Positions 39,942 to 54,684 of a stretch of DNA of 64,000 bases are shown piece after piece; position 1 is the stretch's first letter; the number at the start of each line of letters is the position of its first letter. The notes beneath the pieces are model-generated. The model had not been told where the DNA came from. It saw only the letters and a program-made list of their open reading frames with translations, and searched no databases. This DNA is from the human T2T-CHM13v2.0 reference genome, Homo sapiens: positions 44,352,001-44,416,000 of the forward strand of contig CP068257.2 in NCBI GenBank assembly GCA_009914755.4. Reading direction: 5' to 3'. The position numbers and the translations under genes are program-made.

Positions 39942-41199
39942 TGAACCATCTACTGAGCTTTTTATTTTGGTTACTATAGTTTTCAATTATAAAATTTCCA
40001 TTTGATTCTTCTTTACATCTTCTATTTATTTGATAGGACTTTCTATTCCATTGCTTTGTTGAGGCTATTTTTTTTTCATTTGTTTCAAGAATGTTTGTAA
40101 TTGTTTGTTGAGGCGGTCTTATCATCACTATTTTAAACCCTTTGTTAGATAATTTTAGTATCTGTCATCTCAGCACTGACATTTTTGGCTGTCTTTTTCA
40201 TTCAGTTTGAAATCTTCCTGGTTCTTGGTATGGTTAGTAATTTTTTATTGAAACCTGGACATTTTTATACTATGTTATGAGACTCTGGATCTCATTTAAA
40301 AACTTGTTTTAGCTGGCTTTCTTTGACACTGGTCTAGCAAAGGGAGGGAGGGAGGCACTACCTTGTTACTGCCAGGTGGAAGCAGAAATCCAGGCTCCCA
40401 CTAAGGCCTGTATTGATACCCAAGAGGAAGGGGGTAACTTGTTACTTCTGGATGGTGGCAGGATTTCTGGCTCACCATGTGGTCTCCACTGATTCCACTC
40501 TAGGGGAAGCCTCATTACTGTTGAGTCATGGTGGAGGTCTTAACTCCTCACTAAGCCTCCTCCACCTCACCCCACTGGGGAGGTAAAGGCTTACTTTATT
40601 ACTGCTGAGTAGGAGTGGAGGTTTAGGTTGTTTGTGGTTTCCACTGAACTGTGAGGTGTGGGGTGTCATGCCTTATGATCAACTGGTGGGGATAGAAATA
40701 CTGGCTCTCTACTTGGCATGTGACATCATTCTCATGCTCTACTTGGCATGTGACATCATTCTCATGAGCATGAAAATTTAGGCTCCCCAACTTGGGCTTT
40801 GCTTGCATAGGTGAGGGTGAGGCCACAAAGTTTCTGTCTTCCTAGGTTGTTCCTATCCTGGTCCTCTGGCTAGAAACAGTAAACTCTTATTAGGGATATT
40901 TTTGTCTGCCCTTTGGTGTTTCTAGGTTTCCAGCTTCTTCAGCTCCATATCTGGGATATACAAGGGAAAAGGAAAACCCAGGGAGCTCAACACCATATCA
41001 TTCTTCAAAGTCCCATGTTCCTAGCAGATCTGCCTTCTTTGCTCCACCTTTCAGAATATTTTTCTATTTGTTTCACATATAATTTTCAGGGTCTTTTTGT
41101 TGTACTTGGCAGGAGGAATAGGGAAAAGCATATCTACGCCAGGTCCCAGAGAGGAAGTCTGTTCCATGTGGTTTTATTGCTATGTTATTTGGTGCATTA

Positions 41200-41494
<295 letters not shown>

Positions 41495-41849
41495 TCATGA
41501 TCAATATACAGTGCTGTTTTAACTCACTTCATAATTTATGTCTTGAATTTAATCTGCCTTTGTTTCTCTAGGTTTTAATGTGCCCTTTCTGAATCACTTT
41601 GTTGTGGATGAATTTCTTATTTACTTGGACTTTACTACATCTTTCAATAGGTAAGTATATTTAATTTGCATTTGACACATTTTGTTTTAATGCCAGCATT
41701 TTACATTTTCTATTTATAATGTTTTATTTTCTAACTCTCACTGTATGAACTTCTTTCAGAAGTGGGATGTTTTCCTTATGGTGATCTGAAAGGGTTACAC
41801 TGTTCAATTATTCCACTTTTTTCTTTCATATATTATACCCTATATTAGT

Positions 41850-42230
41850 CTCCCTGGGCTACAATAACAAAGTACCACAGACTGGGTGACTTAAACAACA
41901 GAAATTTACTTTCTCTCACAGTTCCGGAGACTGGAAGTACATCAAGGTGCCAGCATAGGTGATTTCTGGTATAGGGGAGGATCTCTTCCTGGCTTGAAAA
42001 CAGTGGCTCTCTTGCCAGGTTCACACATGGAAGGAGATTGTGAGGGTATAGAAAAATATTTGGTGTCTCTAAGGACACTGCTCCTATCAGATCAGTGCCT
42101 GACCCTTATGACCTCATTTAACCTCAATTACTTCCTGTTTTAAATACGGCCACACTGGAAGTTAGGGCTTCAACATACAAATTTGAGAGAGGAGGAGGCA
42201 CAAGCATTCAGTCCATAAAACACCCCAACA
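41850..42230. mobile_element. MaLR/MLT1-like LTR fragment
   Basis: gggctacaataacaaagtaccacagactgggtgacttaaacaacagaaatttactttctctcacagttccggagactggaagtacatcaaggtgccagcatagg... matches the common MLT1-type LTR consensus from memory. Orientation and subfamily are uncertain. Confidence 0.5.
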
Positions 42231-42370
42231 CTCTTTTTGTAGATTTAGCACTTTAGACAATGTCTATTGAACATATACGTTAAAAGATAAGAAAAGCAGC
42301 AGACCTTCTCTTACCTACTTTTCTCACCTCTCCTCCTCTTACCTACTTTCTGATCTTTCCTGATTATAAT

Positions 42371-42661
42371 TTTTTTTTTTTTGACAGAGTCCTGCTCTGT
42401 TGCCCAGGCTAGAGTGCAGTGGCATGATCCTGGCTCACTGCAACCTCTGCCTCCGTGTTAAGCAATTCCCCTCCCCCAGCCTCCCAAGTGGCTTGGACTA
42501 CAGGTGCACGCTGCCACTCTGGGCTAATTTTTTGTATTTTAGTAGAGATGGGGTTTCATCATGTTGCCCAGGCTGGTCTTGAACTCCTGAGCTCAGGCAA
42601 TCTGCTGGCCTCAGCTTCCCAAAGTGCTGGGATTACAGGCGTTAAGCCACCGTGCCCAGCC
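42371..42661 (-). mobile_element. Alu SINE (minus orientation)
   Basis: Poly-T then gacagagtcctgctctgttgcccaggctagagtgcagtggcatgatc...gggattacaggcgttaagccaccgtgcccagcc. Confidence 0.88.
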
Positions 42662-44332
42662 AATTCATTCTCATTTTTATTTTAGTTCTTCCTATGGCTC
42701 CCTTTAGAACTGTTACTTCTTGATGTTTTTCCAACTTAGAAACTATCTGTGCCTTCCCACTGTGAAAGACCAGTATTCTAATACACTTACACTCCTTTCC
42801 CCAAACCTCCTGATTTGTCAACTTCACCTCATAAGGATTTATGTCATTTTCTTCCGAGACTATCTAAAAGTTGTTGAGACTTGGCTTTCCAAGCTGGCAA
42901 CCCCAGCCCTAATTCATAAGGAATCACCATGGGTCTGGTGGGGGCAGGAGGAAGTAAGGTGAGAAAGGCCACAATTCCTCTGAAATTCCCACCTCCTTTC
43001 CCATCTCCTTCAGCCCTCTCCTTTTAGAGGAATCATTGGGGGGCAGAGAGGGGGGCATTCCCTTGGGCTCTGACTTCTGTCCTCTCCCACTGCAGCTTCC
43101 AGGCAGAGTGGAGGCAGGTGCTGCTTTGATGCAAGGAGCTGATTTCCCTTCCTCCACTTTCAACAGTAAAGGCTGTTGCTGTTTGTCTTTTCTTGCTCAA
43201 ACCGTTGTGGTTCATATCCTTGGGTGTGAGGGTAGTGAGACAGGGGGCTTCACCCAGCTCCCTAAACCAGAAATCACTGACAATTCTTCACAAGTACAGA
43301 GTAGGTGCTATGGTCCCTAAATTACTGAAGAGAAAACTGGGACTAGGGGAGGTGACTTGACTTTCTCCAGGCCCTCAGGCAGTGGATGGTGGGGCTATAA
43401 CATGGAGCCTTCTCCCTCCTTGTCCTGTGCTTTTCCTTCTCCAGTTGGGTAGAGACAGAAACATTTTCTAACCACAAAATTAAGAGAGCTTCATTCACCA
43501 GAGGTGTCTTGGTGGAAAGAGCTCTCATTTTCTTTGTAAAAATTCGACAAGTACTGAGATGAAGGGCAAAAGTGTTGGCACCCATTCTCCTCATTATGGC
43601 TACTTCAGAAAAGGGAGTTGGCATAGGTGTACCTACAATGAACTGAAGAGTTTACAGTCACTAGGGGAAATGTGGGAGGGAAGAGAAAATGCTGAGGCTG
43701 TGGAGGGGTTAAGTCTGGGGGATAGCAAAGTGGACTTCAGAAGTCCAGGTACATCTTAGTGTTTCACAACATGAATACCCTCCGCCAGCACCCCATGTAG
43801 CAGAAAGCTTTTGAGGAGTGCCACATTGTAGAGTTCTGCACCCAGGTGAATATAGGGCAGGACTGCCTACAGCATACAGACCCTGGTCCTAAGACGTGAA
43901 ATCAGGAGGAGAGTCTTCATGAAGTAGAAGACCCCCCCACCCCACCCCAGGAGAACGCTGGACTTTGACATGCCTAGACTCAAAGCCAAATGTATCTGGC
44001 TCTTTGAAGGAAGAGCAGAACTTGAACTTGACAGCTTCCTTGCTTTAGTCCTTGTTACTGTGCCAGAGGCGGCACAGTGCTGAGGTTAAGAGCATAGGCT
44101 CTGGAGCTGACCTGCATAGACTCAGATCTCAGCCGTCAGGGCCTCCATTTGCTCATCTCTGATGTGGGAGTAATAACATCACCCATGGCAGAATGCTGTC
44201 CTGAGGGTTCAAGTGATCTTTGCAATGCACTTAGACCAGTGCCAAGGGCGTGGTAAGTACGATGGGAAGTATTTAAATACAATGTGTAAAGCTGGATAAA
44301 AGTGTCTATCGCATGGCTATAAGATGAGGTGA

Positions 44333-44679
<347 letters not shown>

Positions 44680-47099
44680 TCACTCTCTAGGCTGCTCCAC
44701 GCATATGAGCTGCAGCCATCCACTGCTGCGCTTTTTGTTAAGACAGCATTCCTAGGTCAGATCCCCACTACTTTTGCCTTCATGTTGCTTTTCTGTGGGT
44801 TCTGTCTCCTGTTCAGCATATTTATATATCTTTTGCCAGTTGGATCTGAGGTTTCCCCTAGGGCTTGCGTTTGATCTCTTCTCCCAGATGGTTCCCAAAT
44901 GTGGCGGAAAAGGCTGAGGTCAGCTGCCATAGTGCTGTTCAGACTTCCCTGTGGTAGAGCACGTACAGGATGGCTGAGCTGAGGCTTGCGATGTCTGAAC
45001 CACTCCAGGAGACTGAGGGGACAAGTACGGTAAGAAGTCCCAGACACACAATGGACTTCCCATGTGTCAAGCTGCCTCCCACTAACTGGGGGCACAGAAA
45101 TGACCCTGCAGACTCCAGGCACAAATCGGGAAGGGACCTGGAGCCATCACCTGGACTCGATGGTCGGCCATCTCCTCCAGGTGGCCTTCAGTCCCAACCT
45201 GAGCAGGCTTTCAGAGCAGAGGTCCTCTGCTGGCTTCACATGCATAATTTGGAGGTGGGAGAATCTTTAAAGATTCTGATGCCAGGCCCAACCCAGACCA
45301 AGTCACTCCCACCATCTGGGCTAGAGCCCAGGCCCAGCTAGCTGCCATTGACTTGGAGGAAAAGCAGCCCACAGGCTCAGGTCTGGGATGTTAGCATTCC
45401 TTACGTGATCTGGAAGCTACAAAAACCAAACAAAACACTTTGTTCAAACACCACATGGCGGAGGATGAGGGCCACTCGCAGCTGCGCACGAACATTCCTT
45501 CCGTGAGGGAGATGAGCTTCCTCGCGGCCTTTCTGGAGGACTCGGATTGGCAATACTTGCAATGTAACAATGTCTCCCAAACCAGCTTCCCGGAAAATGA
45601 AAAGCACTTCGGCATTCACCCTGGAGCAGGAGGAGCTTTCAAAACCTGCAACAGGCCCCAGAGCTCGAAGGCCCTCAAGGGTGGGGTTCTGGCTGCTGCC
45701 GTCCGTTCTGCTCCAGCCAGCGGTGAACTCAGTAGCCTCGGCGTCCCCAGAAACCCCGCCCTCGGAGCCTGGGCTCCCGCTTCCACGCTTGTTCCCCTGG
45801 GGTCCTGAGGGTGCCACCACACGGGGACAGGGGCTGCAGCGAGACAGCAAGTGCCTGGGGAGTCCGCACACACCACACGATAAGCAGCCGCAGACCCGGA
45901 GCTGAGGCTGTGGTCCCGAAGAGAAACCCTTCCCAGATTCCCCCAGGCTCCTAGTCCTTGCATCTCATTGGCTGGAGGGGCATCACGTGTGCATCTCTAA
46001 ACCAATCACAGGCTAGATGCACGGTGGCCTGGCTCCTGCTTGGCTCTGGATGTGCATTTCCAGTGATGTGGGGCTTCCAGCGGCATCCATGTTCATCCAC
46101 CTTGGGCTGCCCCTGCCTCACCCTCCCAGCTGAGTGGGAGCCTCTTTCTGGTCCAGAGCCTCCTGCTGGGCTGCTTGGTGACCGCCTGGCTTGGGCCACC
46201 TGGGCCTGCTGGTGGCGGTTTGCACAGCTGGGGCTGTGTAGTCCCCAGCGGCTGGCCAGACAGGCTGTGCCTGCTCTCACTGGACCCATGGGGTAACTGA
46301 GGCACAGGGCCGGGATCCAAACGCAGCACCGGGTCCACAGCCGGCGGTGTTGATGACTCCACTGAGCAGGTGGTTGGTCCCAGCTTGGAGTCGTCTGCGT
46401 CTGCCCCCTCCTCTGGGGAATCGGGGGTGATGGCATCACCCACACCCGTGTGGACGGTGTTGCAGGCTGTTACCTCACACGCCTCAATGTCCTGGTTCAG
46501 CCACCTTCTGAAGTGGATCCTCTGCCTTCCCATGTGTCGCAGATGAGGCAGTGAGGCACAGAGAGGTCAAAGGTGCCCACCCAAACAAACGCGGCTAGAG
46601 TTGAGGAGCCAGTGTCCGCAATCCAGGGTGACTGCATTCCGAGCACCACGCCGTCCACCTGTGCGGACGCGTCCGCGCTCTAGGGTGAGCTTCAGGATGG
46701 TGTCCAGGCCAGGCCTGTCCGTTATGTGTGGTTATGGCAAGTCTTTCCTAACTGTCCAGAGTTTTGATGGACTCAAGCTCTCTCAATATCAGGAACTTTA
46801 AAAAAGGAAAGAGTCCACCCAGGTCTGAATGTAGATGTTCCTGATGTGAGCAAAGAAAAAAGGAAACCCCAGGAGGGGAAGCTTATAATTTTCACCTCAG
46901 TGGCCAGGACCAGGGCAGTGTGGGCTGCGGAGGGTGACTGCAAGGCCTGGGGTCTCCAGGATGACTTAGGAGCCATAAAACTTCCTCCGCTCGGTTTCTG
47001 TCGTCACCGGTCTGCTTTGCTGCAGTGACAGGCAGTAAAACTCTTATCTTCAAAATGCCTTGTCTAAAAGGCAGCCAAGAAAGGAAAACCAGGGAAATG

Positions 47100-48300
47100 C
47101 ATCCCATTCATGCTGATGTCAAAAGAAGAGGCGATTCCAGAAAAAAAGCCTTTGAAGGAGCAAGATAATGGAAACACAGCTTAACATGTGGTCCGGGACT
47201 TAGCATGGGAAAGGCGTCACTTTTCCAGAAGCATCTGGTTCAAAGTGTTGGTGTCATGTGAGAAGAACCAGCATAATACTGGACAGGGGTCTTGTGGGCA
47301 GGCTGTGAGGGGCTCTACATGACATGCTTGCTCCCTCATGCCTTACACTGCAGTGCTGAGTACCCTAAGACCTGAACCCAGAAATATCTGCATGTGGACC
47401 CAAAGGTATGGGTCAAAAGTGTGAAATGAAACAGTATTTTAAAGAATTAAAACTAGAAACAAAGATAATATCCATCAGCAGGGAATGGCTAAATAAATTC
47501 CAGCATATTCATACTGGAGAATAACATGCAGCCACTAAAAAGAATGGGAGAGCATCAGGGAAGTACAAGTTAAGACTTTATGAGGCCCTATCACATACCC
47601 AACAGAGTGACAGCACTCTAAAAAGGCTGATAATACCAAATGTGGTGAGGACGTGAAACAACTGGAACTTTCATACACTCCTGGAATGCGAAGTGATTCC
47701 ATCATGTGGGAAAATAGGCAATTTCTGTTAAAGCTATATATACATCTCTTCATGATACAATCATTTCACCCTAAGCAAAGTTAGAAAAATCAGTGAAATG
47801 TCCAACAAAAATTCACAGCGACTTCATTGATAACAAGCCAAAAACTTGAAGCAACTCAATTGTCTATCACTTGGCTAATGGAGAAATAATTGTAGTGTAA
47901 TTCATCAATGGAATAGTATACAACAATAAAAAGAATAAGCAATAGAGACACATGACAGTATGGATGAATCTCACAGACATTATTTGAGCAAAAGAAGTCA
48001 GGCACAGTAGAGTACATACTACACACTTCCAATTATTAAACTTAAGAACCGGAAAAATCCAAACCATGATGCTAGAAATGAAAATAATGGTTTTCTCTGG
48101 GAGACAATATTGACTGGGAAGAATAATGATGGAAATGTTCTATATCTCGATATGAGCAGTGGTCACACAGTGTAAATATATCTAAAATTTATTGAGCTAT
48201 ACAATTGAGATTTGGGCATTTTGCCATATGTAAGTTATTCCTCAATTTTTTAAAAAAAGAAGACAAGGAAAGTTAATGATTAACTTTGATTTTTTTATTT
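47100..48300 (+). mobile_element. LINE-1 3'-end fragment (old subfamily, + orientation)
   Basis: AT-rich. ...gaatggctaaataaattccagcatattcatactggagaataacatgcagccactaaaaagaatgggag... resembles the L1 3' region. Boundaries are approximate. Confidence 0.5.
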
Positions 48301-49199
48301 TTTATTGTGCTTTTAGTACTCTACCAATAATGAAAAGGCATTACGTCTGTTTGAAAAACAAAGTATAAGTGTTTAAAGCTCTAAATTATAAGGTAAACCT
48401 ATTTGTGTTCACATGAAAAAAATCCATGACACACTTTGACTGGAAAAAGAAAGTAGCAGAATGCCAGATACAGGAGAGTTCTGCTTTATATTAACATGAG
48501 AAAGACTTTGTTCCCATGAGAACAACAAGAGAAACTCAAACAAAATTAAAATTGTACTTTTCTAAAAGACCGGGGTGGGGGTCGTGGTCAGGCAGCGGCA
48601 TGAAGAAAGCCTTGAGAACTGAATTCCAGAAAGAAACAAGCATAGGCAAGAAAGAGAGATGACAGCTCCCAGGCTTCCTACTGAGGTCTGAGGAGGATCG
48701 GCCTGCTGTGGATAAGAAACTTTATGGGGACAAAGTGCTGTCTGCTGAACTTTGGGTGGCAGTATGAACTGATGGGACAAATTGGAGTCTAGAAAAGCCA
48801 CAAAGGCAAGGATAGAGCACATAACCTGAGCAATTCACCTTCCCCACTCCAAGTTTTGACATAAACATAGCAGTGGAGGAAGGGTGGCTAAGCAGAAATA
48901 AACCATAAGATCTCATACTTGCTGTGATTAATGGATTCCACACCCCTGCCTGAGTTGAAACTGCAACCAGCCCCCTCTAAGACCAAACACTGACAAGTCT
49001 GAAAAACTCTATCTCAGGAATTTGAAGTTGAGTAATCACAGGTTAAAGCTGCAATTTTTTTTTTTCTCAAGGAGATTCTAGGAGAAAGCTGAGTGATTGG
49101 CTTCTCACCCTCACTACATTCTGAGGAAAGGAAATGCATGTCTAAGGAACCAAAACAAAAATGCTTCAATCTTCATTGTTCATTTATACACAATGTGCC

Positions 49200-51300
49200 A
49201 AACAACAAAAATATATAAAACATGCAAGTAAGTGAAAATGTATGGTTTATACTTAGAAGAAAACAAAATCTCTAGAAGGAGATGATTATCAGATGAACCA
49301 GTAATTGGGAAGAGAAAATACTAAAACAATTATTTCAAATGTGGGTGAACAAATGGTATATTTCAAAAGATGAATGTGAATACTAATAGACCATATGAAA
49401 GAAAAAAATCAATGGGTGGGCTTCAATTGTATAATGCAGAAGAAAGAATCACGAACTTGAAGGTCACTGGAAAGTATTCAAACTTTTTCCTCAAGACAAA
49501 GGAAAAAGATTTTTCAAAATATGAACAGAACTTCTGCAAAATGCGGGATTATAACAAGAAGTCTGAAATATAAGAATTTGGGATCTAAAAATGAGAGAGA
49601 GAAAATGGAAGACAAAAATATCTGAAGAATTAACAGTTTAGATAAAATGGATAAAAACCTTGAAAAACAGACCTTATCAAAACTAACCCAAGAATGAACA
49701 GAAAATCTGAAATAGAATTTATACTTAAAAACTTTCTAAAAAAGAAGACTTCTGATTCAAAACCTACAGACCAATATCCCTCGTGAGCATAAATTTAAAA
49801 ATTAACAAAATGTTAGCAAATCAAACAACAATACATTAAAAGAGGTAATGTGTCATGACCAAGTGGAGTTTACTCCAGGAATGTAATTCAAAAATCAATA
49901 AAAATTTTTCACCACATTAATAGGTTAAAGGACAACATTCACAAGATCATCTAAATAAATTCATTTAAAACTTTGGGACAAAATTTAATATCTGTTCATA
50001 ATAACAACTGTCAAGACACACGGAATAGACAGTGACATCTTCAACTTGTAAAATTACAGATAATACCATACTTTATAAGGAAATGCTGAATGTTTTCAAC
50101 CCAAGATTGGGAACAGGGCAAGGATGTTGGCGTTTATTATGTCTATTCAATGTTTGTACTACCGAAGAGCAATAAGGCAAGAAAACTAAAATTCATAAAG
50201 ATAGGAAAGGAAAATGTAGACCTATTTGTTCATAGAGAACATGATTGTGTACATAGAAAATCCTAAGTATCAACAACAACAAATTACTAGAGCTAGTAAG
50301 TGAATTAAGCAAGAACTCAGGATACAAAGTCAATATACAATCATCAAATGAATTTTTATGCACTAGCAAACAACAGTTGGAAAGCTGAAACCATTTAATG
50401 GAAAAAACACCATTAGTAGCATCAAAATAAAATAATATTACAATATTTAGGATTAACTTTAATGAAAGATGCACAAGAACTGTTCACAGAAAACTATAAA
50501 ACATTATTGAGAAAAATTCAAGACTTAAATGAAGATATGTTCATGTTCATGGACTGGAAGGGTACATACTGTTAAGATGTCAATTCTCCCCTTTTCTTTT
50601 TTTCTTTTTTGAGACAGAGTTTTACTCTGTCAGCCAGGCTGGAGTGCAGCTCACTGCAACTTCTGCCTCCCAGGTTCAAGCGATTCTCATGCCTCAGCCT
50701 CCCGAGTAGCTGGGACTACAGGCACACACCACCATGCCTGGCTAATTTTTGTATTTTTAGTAGAGATGGGGTTTCGCCATGTTGGCCTGGCTGGTCTCGA
50801 ACTCCTTGCCTCAAGTGATCTGCCCGCCTTGGCCTCCCAAAGTTCTAGGATTATAGGTGTGAGCCACCGTACCTGGCCCCTCCCAAAATTAATATACAGA
50901 TTCAATGCAATCTCAATCAAAATCACAGCCAGCTTTTTAAGAACAGAAAGTCACAAGTTGATTCTAAAATTTACATGAAAATGCAAAGGACCTAGTAGAC
51001 AAGAATTTTTGGAAAAGAATAACAAAATCAAAGATTTTACACTACCTGAATTCAGAACTTAGTAAAGCACTGGTAATTATGAGAGTGTAGTATTGGTGTA
51101 AAGGCAGATAAATAGATCAGTGGAACAGAATGTAGTTCAAAATGGACCAACACTTACATAGCCAGTTTATTTTCAACTAAGCCACCAAAGCAATTCAATG
51201 GGGAAAAGAAAGTCTTTTCAACAGACTGTGCTTGAAAAACTGGTTAACTATTAGGGACAAATATTTATCTTGATGCCTGCCTCACAACATACATAAAAAA
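49200..51300 (+). mobile_element. LINE-1 ORF2-region fragment (+ orientation), split by the Alu at 50596-50878
   Basis: ...gaagatatgttcatgttcatggactggaagggtacatactgttaagatgtcaattctcccc|Alu|tcccaaaattaatatacagattcaatgcaatctcaatcaaaatcacagccagcttt... is contiguous with the L1 ORF2 consensus across the Alu. Confidence 0.6.
50596..50878 (-). mobile_element. Alu SINE (minus orientation) nested in L1
   Basis: ttttttgagacagagttttactctgtcagccaggctggagtgcagctcactgcaac...ggattataggtgtgagccaccgtacctggcc. Confidence 0.88.
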
Positions 51301-51307
51301 TTAATTC

Positions 51308-51432
51308 AAGCTGGCACAGTGGTGCATTCCTGTAGTCCCAGATACTCGAGAGGCTGAGGCAAGAGGCTTCCTTGAGCCCAGGAATTTGAGTCCAGCCTAG
51401 GCAACATAGCAAGACACCATCTCTAAAAAAAT
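51308..51432 (+). mobile_element. Alu right-arm fragment (+ orientation)
   Basis: ctggcacagtggtgcattcctgtagtcccagatactcgagaggctgaggcaagaggcttccttgagcccaggaatttgagtccagcctaggcaacatagcaagacaccatctctaaaaaaa. Confidence 0.75.
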
Positions 51433-53879
51433 TTTTTTTTAAGTTTTTTAGCTAAAAAGTTTTTCCCTCCTGTCTTGAACTTGCAAATTCAGCCCTAAAT
51501 ATGTAGTGTTTGGCATGTGGCTTCCAGGCCAGATGTGACCCCAGTGAGGTTATCACAGAGCTCAGGGAACATTTTCAAAACATAATCCAGAATCTGACAT
51601 CTCTTATAAACAGCTTTCATTTAAGGGGAATCTGCTGGATAGAGGACGGTTTGGCCTGCCAGGATTTTTGTAAGAGATTTGGTCTCTTCCTTTGCTCCGA
51701 GCTTTCTCCAGCTATGTTGGCATTAACCTCAGTTGGGCCACAGAACCAGTGTTACATACCCAGAGAAGCAACTAGGTCAATGGGGCAGCTGAAACCCACA
51801 CATCAAAAGGGTTAAGTCAGTGCTTTTTATGTGAATTAATTGTCTTTTTGGAGCCCTTCTTCAAAATTGTTTTTTTAATCCACTGTGTAACACCCTGCCT
51901 TTAAGCAATAATGAAGCAAACAGGCATTATTCATAGCAGCAACCAAAGTCCACTAGGAGACTGCCATTCACCCCAGTGCTGGAGGAACCCAGCTGACCCC
52001 CACAACAGCAAATAGTAAAACCTCACCCTCATTCTTCAGCACTTTCTCAGGGATTTCTGAGGAACATTACTGGGACACTCTGGAATGAAATCACAAAGTA
52101 AGCCAGGGACTGAGCATCTGGCTGTCTTCCTTCTATAAATCTCACTGCCAGAAAAATAAAGGAGGTAGCTAAAACTGCAACCCAATCCACCTGTGGTGAA
52201 AGTAGAGACCTGACCCATCTCCCAACCAGTGATGCACTCAGGGCTGTAAATACTTGTGGGGAAGCTAATCTCTCCCCCATCTCCTCTCTCAGCCCCTGAC
52301 AATTTGGTATCTGGGTGGCTTTAGTTTAGTTGTTTGCAGTCCCACATCACCAGCCTCAACCCCCTATCAGCAAGCTCGCACCAAAGCACCTGCCCTGCAT
52401 CTACTATGTACAGACATCTCCATATGCCCCATAAAGATGATGATGATATCTTCATTTTACAAATGAGCAAAGTAAGACTGAGAGATATTGGGTCATTTGT
52501 TCAAGACTGCACAAAAATCAGTGATGATTTGGATTCAAATCCAGGCCTGCCCAGCTCCAAAGTCTGTTCTCTTTCAAACAAACACGTCATTCTCCCTGAC
52601 ACTCCATTATCAACAATGATTAAAAAAGAAAGACTCCATGACCTCATGAGTGTACAGCCAATTAGGGAAGAAAGAGCATCATTATGTGGTGAAGTCCCCT
52701 GGTTGCTCTCGCCATCCACATTATCTAAGACCACAGTTGTGGGAAGAGGGGCGGCACCACAGGAGAGCACTTAGTGAGTCGTCCAGGGGCCTCGGTTCTC
52801 ATTCTGGCTCTGTGCCAACCTTAAGTGTGATCTCAAGGAGCTCACTCACTTTCCTTACCTCAGATATAAAGCAGAGTCCAAGTTTTAAGCAGAAAAAATA
52901 GCACCCAACCCCCTGTCCCCCCTCCACACACACTCATACATTAGAGTTTAACTACAGAACCTCAGGGATAAGGATGGAATAACCTGCAAAGGAACAATTA
53001 GATCAACAGCAGACTTCTCATCCAGATGAATAGAATCAAGAAAACAATGAAGAAATAGCTCCAACTACAACCTATTTTATACCCAGCTAAGGTTTTACTC
53101 AAGAGTGAAGGTATAATAAGAATAATTGAATGTGTCCTAAAAGAATGAACTGTTGTTTTAAACTGGACTTTAGAAAAACTATAGTGGGCTCAGAACAATG
53201 TCTCCAGGCAGCAGAGAGCTCTCAAAGCAAGAAAGGTCCTCAGGGCAAAAATAAAACCCAGGTCATTGTCAGCAAAATGTAGTCTCAGAGTAAAGATGAA
53301 GCCACACATCTGACACAAAATTATTGTTAAGATTTTTGGTAGCTGGAAGTTGGATTCTGCTGAAAAAAAAAAAACCTGAAATTTTGTTAATTTGGGAAGT
53401 AGACAGCGGGCAGAAATCTGATGGGCCTTGATAAGGCTACTGGTTAGAGTTTAAAGAGAAGTAATTAAAATGTTCTTGGAAGTGGAGATAAAGGGAGTTC
53501 TTGTTACATGGTGTGGAAGTTTGGCAACACTGTCACCTGAGGGAACATGGAAAATAGAAAATATTCCTAATAAACTGATGACCTAGCTAAGGCAATTTCT
53601 GGGCAGGGGGTGTTGAAGATGCTTCCTGGATTCTTTCAGCTGCCTGTAATAAAATTCAAGAGCAAAGAGGTGAACTGAGAAACTTTTCAATTTTCAAGTA
53701 AAATTTAGAGAAATTATAGAGGAACAGTCTGTCTTGCCAGAATATGATTCTCAAAGTAAAATCAAGCTTAAGGATAAAAATCAAATCCAGGTCACTGTTC
53801 AGATAACATGGTCTCAGAGTAATATAAAACCAAGGATAGGACTATTTTAAATAGGGTCTTAAGAGGTCCCTAGTTAAGA

Positions 53880-54200
53880 CCTCTGCTGTGGTCTGAATGT
53901 GTTCCACAAAATTCATGTGTTGGCAAATTGGTCCCCAGTGCGGTGGTGCTGGGAGGTGGGGCCTGTTGGGAGGTGTTTAGGTCATGAGGGCTCTATCCTC
54001 ATGAATGCATCTGTGTTGTAAAAAGGGCTTTGGGGAGTGGATTTCCCTTCCACTCTCCACCGTGTAAGGACACTGCACGAAGCCCTTCACCAGATTCTGG
54101 TGCCTTGATCATGGACTTCTCAGCCTCCAGAATTGTAGGAAATAAATTTCTGATCTTTATAAATTACAGTCTGTGGCATTTGTTATAGCAGCACAAAAGG
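53880..54200. mobile_element. Interspersed repeat fragment of the common 'ctgctgtggtctgaatgtgt...ccagaattgtaggaaataaatttctg...tgttatagcagc' family
   Basis: I recognise this as a widespread human repeat but cannot name the family with certainty from memory. Confidence 0.35.
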
Positions 54201-54321
54201 ACTAAAGACAGCCTCAGAAATATTTAAAGTAATGCCTCAAAGACCATTTCAAATAAGTGACTTTCTAAGGATCGTACAGATGTGCCTTTTATGTTAACCA
54301 ATAGATATTCTAAGAATCTGA

Positions 54322-54684
<363 letters not shown>

